The notes below the pieces were generated by a model that saw only the letters and a program-made list of their open reading frames with translations, was not told where the DNA came from and did no database searches. 64,000 nucleotides of DNA from an uncultured Nitrososphaerota archaeon (GTDB taxonomy: Archaea > Thermoproteota > Nitrososphaeria > Nitrososphaerales > Gagatemarchaeaceae), in NCBI GenBank assembly GCA_963838925.1, contig CAWISW010000003.1, positions 224,001 to 288,000 on the forward strand, given 5' to 3'. The position numbers and the translations under genes were made by a program. Below are positions 17,560-25,848 of this stretch, piece by piece. Each line of letters starts with the position of its first letter. The first letter of the stretch is position 1.

Positions 17560-17742
17560 GCCGGGGTGGCGGAGTCTGGTTAACGCGCGGGCAATTCGCT
17601 CCTCTCCGGGAGGAGTGGGCGAATCCGCATCTCGAGATCATCCGACTTGACAGCCCGTGACCTAACGGTCATGTGGGTTCAAATCGAGTGGGGAAAGGAA
17701 AACGGAGGGCTTCCTCCACTGGTGGAAATCCCACCCCCGGCG
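17560..17742 (+). tRNA. tRNA-Ser(CGA) with three introns (31/32, 37/38 or 38/39, 59/60)
   Basis: GCCGGGG/CCCCGGC-G acceptor. Removing 17593-17630, about 17637-17651 and 17684-17728 gives CGGGC-CTCGAGA-GCCCG, variable arm TGACC/GGTCA and T arm GTGGG-TTCAAAT-CCCAC. Confidence 0.9.
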
Positions 17743-17743
17743 C

Positions 17744-18538
17744 TCAAACCTTGTTGTACTTGGGGTGCCAGCTTCTCGTCTTGTCGTCCAGCTCCGTGTA
17801 CTCGAAGTCTTGGTAAATCAGAGGGAACTTTTCCTTCATCATCCTGGCGACCTTGTCGAAGACGAACCTTATCTCGACTTCGGCTGCCTCCGCGGTCCGC
17901 ATGGTGATGACGTGACGTATGGTCCTGTGGTTCGCGCTCCAGACAATCGAGGTGGCCATCCCGTCGGGCATGATTCTTCTCAGCGCCGAGGTAATCTTCT
18001 TCTTCAGGTCGAAGTTCATCTTGTCCCAACCATACGAGCCTTCTAGGTCGCGGTAGTTCTGCTCCATCTGCTCGACGATTGATTTCACTTCCTTCTTCTT
18101 GTCCTGGAGCTCTGGGGGGAGCCAGAAGCGCAGCTGTGTTGGCCTGACGTACCTGAGCGACTCTTGGCTGATTGCAACCCCGACCCTGTGCCGAACCAGC
18201 TCGTGCGTGAAGACCCGGCTCACGTTGAGGAAGGCAAACGTGCATGTGGCGTGCTCGAAAATGGAGCCGTCGCCCTTTGACAGGGTATTGTCGATGTAAT
18301 CGCGTGAGCTTTCCCTTATCTTGGTGACGTTCGGGTTCAGGCCCACGCCGAAGCTCTTGTAGCAAATCCTTCCCGCCACCTCGGTCAGCAACTCTCCCTC
18401 CGACTTGGACGCCTCCTTGGTCCTTGCGAACCAGTTGGTGGCAGTCTCCTCGCCGACGGAGGCGAGCATGGCCTTCAACTGGTCGTAATTGACCTTGCTT
18501 TCCGCTATCAGATACACCTGAGGTTCGATGAACTCCAT
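17744..18538 (-). CDS. thyX: FAD-dependent thymidylate synthase
   Basis: SIFEH and ELVRHR...SQESLRY (RHR-x7-S motif). Confidence 0.95.
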   Translation of the reverse strand: MEFIEPQVYLIAESKVNYDQLKAMLASVGEETATNWFARTKEASKSEGELLTEVAGRICYKSFGVGLNPNVTKIRESSRDYIDNTLSKGDGSIFEHATCTFAFLNVSRVFTHELVRHRVGVAISQESLRYVRPTQLRFWLPPELQDKKKEVKSIVEQMEQNYRDLEGSYGWDKMNFDLKKKITSALRRIMPDGMATSIVWSANHRTIRHVITMRTAEAAEVEIRFVFDKVARMMKEKFPLIYQDFEYTELDDKTRSWHPKYNKV

Positions 18539-18733
18539 GTTCTCTTTCCTGCTCTTCCCGTGCTACGCTTTGGTGTCGCTATTTAATCTGCGGGCGACGG
18601 ATCTACGCGAAGCCGAGTGAAAACGTTGTTTGCCGGTTGTTTTCGCGCTCGTGGCGGGCTACGGAGTGCGCTGGAGCCGTGGCATCGTTGCTCTAAATTA
18701 AATATGGGGTTGTGTGTTTCTGTCATCAGTAAA

Positions 18734-20074
18734 ATGCCTGTCTTCGGCACCGCGGGCGTCAGGGGGGTGTTCAACTCGACCCAGACCCCAGAACAGGTGC
18801 ACCGGCTCATCGAAACCTCGGCATTCGTATTCGGGCGTGGAAACTACGGAGTTGGATGGGACGGCAGGAAGAGTTCTATGGTCCTGGCGAGAGTGGTCGC
18901 GTCGTCTGTCGCAGGATGCGGAAGCGACGCAATCGAATTCGGGCTGGCCCCCACCCCCGTGGTGGCTTTTGGGACGCGCGAGCACGGTTGCCATCTGGGC
19001 TTCTCGGTCACGGCCTCTCATAACCCTCCTGAGTTCTCGGGAGTCAAGGTGTTCAACAAGAAGGGTATGGAGCTTTCCAGGGAGGAGGAAGGAAGGATTG
19101 AGCGGGGAATGGTGGTTGATTCGTCAAAAAGTTCGGCGGTCGCTGGATCAATCGAGTCCAGCGACGCAATTGTGTCTTACACCGATGCTCTCATCGCGAG
19201 GTTCTCGAGGGCTGAGAACCCTCTGCGAATCGTCGTAGACTGCGCGACCGGTCCGGCAGCACTAGTGACTCCTCAGGTCCTGGGAGCTCTGGGCAACAGT
19301 GTCGTCCCGCTAAACACTCAACTCTCCTGGAGGTTCTCGGCGAGGAATCCTGAACCTACGGCGGAGTCTCTGAGGGAGACCGCGGCGTTCGTGGGCGGGG
19401 TGGGGGCGGACTTGGGTCTGGCCCACGACGGCGACGGCGACAGGCTGGTGCTGATTAATTCGTCGGGCCGGGTCCTTCCAGACTACATGACGTCTGTCCT
19501 CGCACTGGAAGCCATTGGCAAGAGTTCCGGCTCGGTCATAATCTCGGAGAACAGCTCTTTCGCGGTGGAGGAGGCGGCGAGCAGCATGGGGTTGCGTGTG
19601 GTCCGCGGCAGGATAGGAAAGACGTTCGCAGAAATCGAGCGCGAAGGTGCCGTGCTTGCTACCGAGCCGACAAAGATTGTCGATCCGAGCTGGGGAATGT
19701 GGGAGGACGGCATCTACTGCGCGGCTCTGATTGCGGATGTCATTGCAAAGAGGCCGGACCTGCGGAAGGTCATTGATGGTGAGTTCGACTGGATTTACAG
19801 GCAGTTGAACCTCCCATTCTCCGTGGATATCGGAAGGGTCGCGGAACAGATTGACGAGTATTTTGGAAAATACAGAATCCTGGAAAGGCGGTCGATGGAC
19901 GGCCTACGAGTGGTATTCAAGGACAAGTCGTGGGTCATGTTCAGGCCGTCAGGCACGGAGCCCAAGACGAGGATATACTGCGAGGCCAGGGACGAACTGA
20001 GGCTTGCGGAACTGGTCGAGCTCGCGAGGGGATTGGTGGAGCGACTGGCTAGGCCCGCAATCAGCGCGCGCTGA
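18734..20074 (+). CDS. Phosphohexomutase (PMM/PGM/GlmM family)
   Basis: FGTAGVRG, TASHNP, DGDGDR and RPSGTEPK motifs. Confidence 0.93.
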   Translation: MPVFGTAGVRGVFNSTQTPEQVHRLIETSAFVFGRGNYGVGWDGRKSSMVLARVVASSVAGCGSDAIEFGLAPTPVVAFGTREHGCHLGFSVTASHNPPEFSGVKVFNKKGMELSREEEGRIERGMVVDSSKSSAVAGSIESSDAIVSYTDALIARFSRAENPLRIVVDCATGPAALVTPQVLGALGNSVVPLNTQLSWRFSARNPEPTAESLRETAAFVGGVGADLGLAHDGDGDRLVLINSSGRVLPDYMTSVLALEAIGKSSGSVIISENSSFAVEEAASSMGLRVVRGRIGKTFAEIEREGAVLATEPTKIVDPSWGMWEDGIYCAALIADVIAKRPDLRKVIDGEFDWIYRQLNLPFSVDIGRVAEQIDEYFGKYRILERRSMDGLRVVFKDKSWVMFRPSGTEPKTRIYCEARDELRLAELVELARGLVERLARPAISAR

Positions 20075-20080
20075 TGCCAC

Positions 20081-21571
20081 ATGGTGACGGGAGAGATGTC
20101 GCTTGCGGTTTCTAGGGCGCTTTCTCAGGGCTACCAGATAGACCCGGACGCTTTCTCGGTTCTTTCGGAGTTGTCGGCGAACGGGGAAGTCGAACCCATT
20201 CTAAAGTCGGTCATCGGGAAGAAGGAACTGGTGAAGGCGGAGCGGGTGATTCTGAGGTCTGACCTAGAGGAATTCGTCCCGAGAGAGGAAACAAAGAGAA
20301 GGGTCGCGATTGACTCCGGTGATTTGGCTGCTGAGCTGGTAGTCCTCAGCGACCCGACACGAAGCATCGCACCGGTCGAAGCAGAGGACGGGTTCAAGAG
20401 GCTCTTTCAAGACAGGTACTCGCACCTTCTAGAGATAGCCAAGCAGAGGCCGGACTCGAAGAACATCACGTCCATAGCGTCTGGGAAGGAAGTGAGGGAC
20501 AGGGAGTACAAGATTGCTGGCCTTGTCTCGTCGAGGAACAGCAAGAAGGGCGGAGGGGTGGAACTGGTCTTGGACGATCCGTCAGGGAGCGCCAGGCTGT
20601 ATTGCGGAGATGAAGTCGCCGGGTCGGCGTTGGCGTTGCCGCTCGACAGCCTTGTGGTGGCGGAGGTATCCCCAGGGAAGGGTGGCGGGCAGCTGTATGC
20701 GAGAGGCCTCGTGCTGCCGGACATTCCGACAAAGAAAGTGATAGGCTCTCCGCGAAGGGTGTATGCCGTGATGCTCTCTGACCTGCACATCGGGAGCAAA
20801 ATGTTTCTCGCTGACGACTTCAGCCGTTTCTTGGCGTGGCTGAACGGTAAGCTTGGCGACCTCGACATAGTCGAGCGGATAAGATATGTGATTTTGGCCG
20901 GGGACGTCGTGGACGGCATCGGCGTGTATCCGGGCCAAGAGTTCCAACTCTCAGAGAGGAACTTGAGGCGGCAATACTTGGTGGCTAGGGAGTTCCTGCA
21001 GCATGTACCGAAGCACATGAAGTTGTTGATAGTGCCGGGAAACCACGACCCGGTCAGGCAGGCACTCCCCCAACCGGCCGTATCGGCCGACGTCTGCGGG
21101 CCTTTGTACGACCTGCAGAACGCCGTGCATCTAGGCGGCCCGGCGAACGTGAAATTGGACGGCGTGAACTTCCTGATTTACCATGGGCGGAGCTTGGACG
21201 ACGTGATTGCAACAGTGCCCGACCTGACTTATGACAGGCCCGTTGAGGCCATGGAGGTGCTGTTGAAGGCCAGGCACTTGGCTCCCACATACGGGAAGCG
21301 GACGGCGTTGTCCCCCGAACTCCGGGACATGCTGGTCATAGACCCGGTGCCTGACGTGTTCCATGCTGGTCATGTTCACACTCTGGATGTTGGGAGCTAT
21401 CGGGGCACGCTCGTGGTGAACTCGGGGACGTTCCAGGGCCAGACGCCCTTCCAAGCGAACATGGGTCTGGATCCCATTTCTTCCATCGTGCCGATTGTGA
21501 ACCTGTCGACTTTGGAAGTAATCAAGAGGAACTTCACGAAGATGAGCTTCGGTGAGCTACAGCAGCCCTAG
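20081..21571 (+). CDS. DNA polymerase D small (proofreading) subunit DP1
   Basis: SDLHIGS, AGDVVDGIGVYPGQ, PGNHD, YHGRS, HLAPTYG and GHVH. Confidence 0.96.
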   Translation: MVTGEMSLAVSRALSQGYQIDPDAFSVLSELSANGEVEPILKSVIGKKELVKAERVILRSDLEEFVPREETKRRVAIDSGDLAAELVVLSDPTRSIAPVEAEDGFKRLFQDRYSHLLEIAKQRPDSKNITSIASGKEVRDREYKIAGLVSSRNSKKGGGVELVLDDPSGSARLYCGDEVAGSALALPLDSLVVAEVSPGKGGGQLYARGLVLPDIPTKKVIGSPRRVYAVMLSDLHIGSKMFLADDFSRFLAWLNGKLGDLDIVERIRYVILAGDVVDGIGVYPGQEFQLSERNLRRQYLVAREFLQHVPKHMKLLIVPGNHDPVRQALPQPAVSADVCGPLYDLQNAVHLGGPANVKLDGVNFLIYHGRSLDDVIATVPDLTYDRPVEAMEVLLKARHLAPTYGKRTALSPELRDMLVIDPVPDVFHAGHVHTLDVGSYRGTLVVNSGTFQGQTPFQANMGLDPISSIVPIVNLSTLEVIKRNFTKMSFGELQQP

Positions 21572-22750
21572 GAGCTGGGAGTCTTCGGTCAGGACCTTGC
21601 TCAGCATGCCGTTCTGAATCAGAAGCCTGATTCTCTTTGTCCTCCCTCTCCTTCCTTTGCTGACGACGGCGGCCTCGAGCAGGCCCAGCAGGTCTAGCTC
21701 CGCAAGTATCCCGCTCACCCTGCGCTGCGTCAGCGCCTCGATGCCAATTCTGCGTGCGAGGCCCTCATAGGCCATGTAGAGGTCGCCCGTGTTCGTCCCG
21801 TCGGGAAATCGCGAGGCCGTCAGGAGCACGAGTTTGTTCTGGATGGGGAGGGAGCGGAGCGCATCTTCAATCCGGTTGCTTTCGACCCGCTCGGAGGCTT
21901 TTCGGATGCAGTCCTCGGTTACCTTGTGTATGCCTTCTCTTTCGGCAATCTCCCCTGCGACGCGGAGAAGGTCGACGGCGCGCCTAGCGTCGCCATGCTC
22001 GGATCCCGCCAAAGCCGCACAGAGGTTGAGGACCGAATCAGGCACGACGCCGGGCTTGAACGCGAGTTTTGAGCGCACAGCCAAGATTGCGTGGAGTTCC
22101 TCCGTAGTGTACGGAGGAAACACTAACTCCTCCTCTCCCATGCTGCTAAGGACCCTTGGGTCTAACTCGTCTTTGAACTTCAAGTCGTTGGAGATTCCGA
22201 CGATGGTGAAAAAGCCGGGCTCCACATGCTCGCCGGCCCTTGTGAACTGGTAGAGGACGTCGTCACCGTAGGCGCTGACTAGATAGTCGATTTCATCCAG
22301 CACAAGGATGAGGTGGACCTTGTTGTCTCTAATCGCATTGAAGATTCTGTCGAGGACAGTGCCGATAGAGAGGCCTGTTCCTGGGATTCTCTTGTCTTCA
22401 GGGACGGGTAGGGACTCGGCAATCTTCGCTAAGGTCCGGTACTCGGTGCTGGAGATCCTGGTGTTGACATAGCACGTGGCTATCTGTTTCGAAGCGTCCT
22501 GGGCTTGGAGCTTCTCGACGACTAGCCGAGCTACTGCGGTCTTCCCTGTGCCTGTCTTTCCATAAAGAAGGAGGTTTGATGGTTTTGAGCCGTGCAAGGC
22601 CGGAGCTAGTATCTGCGCCACCTGCCTGATCTGTCCCTCTCTGAAAGGTAGTTTGTCTGGAACATACTCAGGGGAGAGCGCATCTCGGTTCTGGAAGAGA
22701 GCTCGTCCTTGTTTGGCTCTCCTGAAGATGTCGTCAATCGAGTCTGGCAA
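21557..22750 (-). CDS. cdc6: Orc1/Cdc6 replication initiator
   Basis: YGKTGTGKT, LDEID, HGDARRAVDLLR and a C-terminal winged helix (GRRGRTK). Confidence 0.97.
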   Translation of the reverse strand: MPDSIDDIFRRAKQGRALFQNRDALSPEYVPDKLPFREGQIRQVAQILAPALHGSKPSNLLLYGKTGTGKTAVARLVVEKLQAQDASKQIATCYVNTRISSTEYRTLAKIAESLPVPEDKRIPGTGLSIGTVLDRIFNAIRDNKVHLILVLDEIDYLVSAYGDDVLYQFTRAGEHVEPGFFTIVGISNDLKFKDELDPRVLSSMGEEELVFPPYTTEELHAILAVRSKLAFKPGVVPDSVLNLCAALAGSEHGDARRAVDLLRVAGEIAEREGIHKVTEDCIRKASERVESNRIEDALRSLPIQNKLVLLTASRFPDGTNTGDLYMAYEGLARRIGIEALTQRRVSGILAELDLLGLLEAAVVSKGRRGRTKRIRLLIQNGMLSKVLTEDSQLLGLL

Positions 22751-23240
22751 GAGAGCATCAGTGGAAATAGTGGTTTAATTAAGGCCTACCCCCCTTCGTT
22801 TCCACTGGAACATAGTAAGAAGGTGAAGGTTTGTGTTTGATTATCAGAGTAAGAAGATGCTCGAGCTTGGTTGACTTTCTTTCTTATTCATACTGATTAT
22901 CTACTAAGCGCGACCCTTTGTGTATCTTCCATCTCTCATCATTCAATCCACGCACGGCATCAATCTCCAGTGGAAACGCACGGGTAGCCCCATTCTGTGA
23001 ACAACCTGTGAAGATCCATCCAAACCGCACCGTTCGTGCTTAGTTGTTCAGAACGCGCCTCATTCATCATCATTCACAGAAACAGATGTCAAACAAACCC
23101 CTTTGTTTCCACTGGAGCCACTAAACAGCATCGTACGCAATTGGTGTTTGTGAACCTAAGTGAAGCCTCCAAACCATCTCATCTAGCGGTCAAGGTTTGT
23201 TTGCACTCGGTTCACAAGTTCACACCATTCCCTGTTTTAA
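22751..23240. other. Replication origin (oriC) with ORB elements
   Basis: AT-rich intergenic region upstream of cdc6 with TCCAGTGGAAAC boxes at 22789-22811 (-, G-string GAAGGGGGG), 22965-22984 (+) and 23098-23118 (-, AAAGGGG); partial box near 22757. Confidence 0.9.
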
Positions 23241-23241
23241 C

Positions 23242-23667
23242 GTGCCAGTCGGCTCATCCAAATCCTTGCGGAAGAGGGTCAAGGTCGAAATAACCGACGA
23301 AGATGGCACCACCTACTCCCTCGCTCTCAAAGGAAAGTTCTCACAAGACAAGGTCATGCGCATGATGGAACTCATCGACCTCTTAGGTCAGAGCCAGCAC
23401 AACAACTCCAGTCCCGCACCGCCAGACGAATCAACCACCTATGGGAGGCTGCTCAAGCTAGTGCAAACAGCGTATTCCGCAAAGGAGTTCTCCTCGGCTG
23501 ACATCGCGCGCGACTACGAGGACAGGCACGGATCGCCAATCCCCCTTAGCACGGTCTCAACCTACCTGTCAAGGCTTGCCGACAAGGGCATCCTCAGTCG
23601 ACAGAAATTCGGCAATTCCTGGGTCTACCGGCTTTCGCATCTTCCCAACAATCAGCTAGCTACGTAG
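23242..23667 (+). CDS. Winged-helix DNA-binding protein next to oriC
   Basis: FSSADIARDYE...LSTVSTYLSRLADKG...VYRL; probable GTG start at 23242. Confidence 0.75.
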   Translation: MPVGSSKSLRKRVKVEITDEDGTTYSLALKGKFSQDKVMRMMELIDLLGQSQHNNSSPAPPDESTTYGRLLKLVQTAYSAKEFSSADIARDYEDRHGSPIPLSTVSTYLSRLADKGILSRQKFGNSWVYRLSHLPNNQLAT

Positions 23668-24215
23668 GACTTGCCGCTTTCCGTGATTTCGTAGACGTAT
23701 GGCTTGTTCCTATCGTTCCTGACGACCAATCCACGGTCAAAGAGGGCCTTCATCATCCTTGCGGTGTGCTCTCTTGACCTCCCGACCTCCTCCTTGATTT
23801 GCGCAGAGGTCCTTGGGCCCTCTGCCAGCAGACGGAGAACCCTCGTTTCAGTCTCCGTGCTCCCGCCGATTGGTGGTACAGCCAGCACCGTCCTCACTGC
23901 CTCACTAGGTTTGTTGGCCCGAACAGGAACACTGGTAACGGGACTCGAGGTCACGCGCGATTGAGACGTAGATTGCGCCAGTCCAAGCCTAGACGACATA
24001 ACCTCGGTCTTGGCCATCAAGTCGATAATCCGAGTGTCTACTACGGAGAAGCGCGTGCTCATAGAGTCCCAAACATCCTTAGCAAGCCTAGTCGACTCGT
24101 CTGCCTCTACAACCAGTTTGCTGTATCTCGACAGGAGAGTGCCTAGGATTATCACAGAAGCAACGATCACCGCAGCTGCAGCCGCCAACACATAGTCATC
24201 CAGCATGTGCGTCAC
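23652..24215 (-). CDS. Membrane-anchored winged-helix protein
   Basis: N-terminal TM helix, helical stalk, S/T linker, C-terminal wHTH (SREHTARMMKALFDRGLV...YEITESG). Confidence 0.75.
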   Translation of the reverse strand: MTHMLDDYVLAAAAAVIVASVIILGTLLSRYSKLVVEADESTRLAKDVWDSMSTRFSVVDTRIIDLMAKTEVMSSRLGLAQSTSQSRVTSSPVTSVPVRANKPSEAVRTVLAVPPIGGSTETETRVLRLLAEGPRTSAQIKEEVGRSREHTARMMKALFDRGLVVRNDRNKPYVYEITESGKSYVAS

Positions 24216-24268
24216 AAGCCGTGTGATGCTACATGATATAAACTTGCACGCATCAGCACATCATATCA

Positions 24269-24664
24269 TCATAACATCACGATGCGATTGGCCAAAGCAC
24301 TCACGAGCGCTATCACTTCGGGAAGCTTGTCAGAATCCACGTCTGCAGGTATCTTGGAGACCGTGGAGATTAGCTTGTCGACGTCTTCCTCCCTCAACAG
24401 CCCCATCTGCACCGCAGTCGCCACGGTGAAGAGGGATTCCCTCACGTTCTTCCTTGCCTGGGCAAGAATCCTATAATGGGTACCTCTACTTATTGCACTA
24501 TTCTTGCGTGTTACCAGAGCATCCTGCATATTTATTTGAGATTTAGTAACAGATTGATGTAATTGTATTGTGGCAATCTGAACCCTCGTCAAGGAAGAAA
24601 GATCCGCAACGGACTCTGGAGGTGATTTCAACGACACATCGTAATACAATATTGTATTAAGCAT
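24269..24664 (-). CDS. Hypothetical oriC-proximal protein (possible HTH)
   Basis: ISRGTHYRILAQARKNVRESLFT helical motif; start uncertain; unusually AT-rich 5' half. Confidence 0.55.
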   Translation of the reverse strand: MLNTILYYDVSLKSPPESVADLSSLTRVQIATIQLHQSVTKSQINMQDALVTRKNSAISRGTHYRILAQARKNVRESLFTVATAVQMGLLREEDVDKLISTVSKIPADVDSDKLPEVIALVSALANRIVML

Positions 24665-24813
24665 TTTTCGGGCTATTTTCTAATTATAATGCTTTGGATG
24701 ATAGAAAGGCAAATTCTTTCGCATTTATCTCTAATTTATCCACAAATCTCACCTCTTATGGTACTCCAGAATAGAATAACATTTATGCAGGAGATAAGGA
24801 GCTCTTGGATGAA

Positions 24814-25068
24814 ATGGGTAGAAGAAGGCGAAAAGTGCTACGGCCGACTCACAAGTCCTTACCTAAGGTATTCAGCTGTCCTCGTTGCGGTGTTGTCGCT
24901 GTGCGCATCACATCACAACTCGATGAGACATCACAAGATTATGTGATGGTGGTTGCATGTGGGAACGCAAGCTGCCGACTGAGAAGGGAGTTCAGGTACC
25001 CGACCCAGAGGCCCGAAATCGACGTGTACAACAGCTTCGTAGATGAATTCGTCAGAACCGGTGGGTAA
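24814..25068 (+). CDS. elf1: Transcription elongation factor Elf1
   Basis: MGRRRRK...LPKVFSCPRCG...C..C...IDVYNSFVD. Confidence 0.88.
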   Translation: MGRRRRKVLRPTHKSLPKVFSCPRCGVVAVRITSQLDETSQDYVMVVACGNASCRLRREFRYPTQRPEIDVYNSFVDEFVRTGG

Positions 25069-25069
25069 A

Positions 25070-25828
25070 ATGGACCTAATCGGCCCGGTCGAGACTCGGC
25101 TTTCCTCTCGAAAGAGAGGATCCACAGGCCTGGCCGCGCTCATAGACCCGGACAACTTCGACAAGAAGCGCGCTGCCTTCGTAGCGGAGACAGCGGAGAA
25201 GTCGGGCTTTGACTGCGTCTTCATCGGAGGGTCCACGCTAGGAGACCAGACTCATCTCGACGGAATAGTGCGTGCCGTGAAACAACACGTCACATGTCCC
25301 GTGATATTGTTCCCCGGGAACGTCACAGGTATATCACGTCACGCGGACGCGATACTGTTCAGCTCCCTTCTGAACTCCACCAACACCTACTTCATCATAG
25401 GAGCACAGGCAATCGGCGCCATCCAGGTCAACCGGTACCACCTCGAGGCCATACCCATGGGGTACCTGGTCTTCGGGGACGAGAGCACCACCAGCTTCAT
25501 CGGTCAGGTCAGACCTGTCCCATTTGCCAAGCCGGCCGTCGCCGTCATGTATGCACTGGCGGCCCAGTACCTAGGGATGCGGGCCCTCTACTTGGAAGCT
25601 GGAAGCGGCTCCAACCACCCCATGCCGGTCGAGGTCGTCGCGGCGGTGAGAGAGCACTTCAAAGGCCTGCTCATAGTGGGAGGGGGGATTACGACCGCGC
25701 AGACGGCGGCCACACTCTCGAAGGCTGGAGCCGACCTCCTGGTAATCGGCAATCTCCTAGAGACCAAGGATTTCAAGGCGAAAATCCTCCCGATAGCCAA
25801 GGTCCTGAGGGACAAGCTTAAGCACTAA
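25070..25828 (+). CDS. Geranylgeranylglyceryl phosphate synthase
   Basis: LIDPD, IGGST, PVILFPG, YLEAGSG and VGGGI motifs. Confidence 0.93.
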   Translation: MDLIGPVETRLSSRKRGSTGLAALIDPDNFDKKRAAFVAETAEKSGFDCVFIGGSTLGDQTHLDGIVRAVKQHVTCPVILFPGNVTGISRHADAILFSSLLNSTNTYFIIGAQAIGAIQVNRYHLEAIPMGYLVFGDESTTSFIGQVRPVPFAKPAVAVMYALAAQYLGMRALYLEAGSGSNHPMPVEVVAAVREHFKGLLIVGGGITTAQTAATLSKAGADLLVIGNLLETKDFKAKILPIAKVLRDKLKH

Positions 25829-25848
25829 TTCGGCGCGCAGTACGTCTG

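Noticed and set aside
17520-17745. Possible RNase P or SRP RNA in a GC-rich structured spacer
   Set aside because: Fully explained by the intron-containing tRNA-Ser(CGA).
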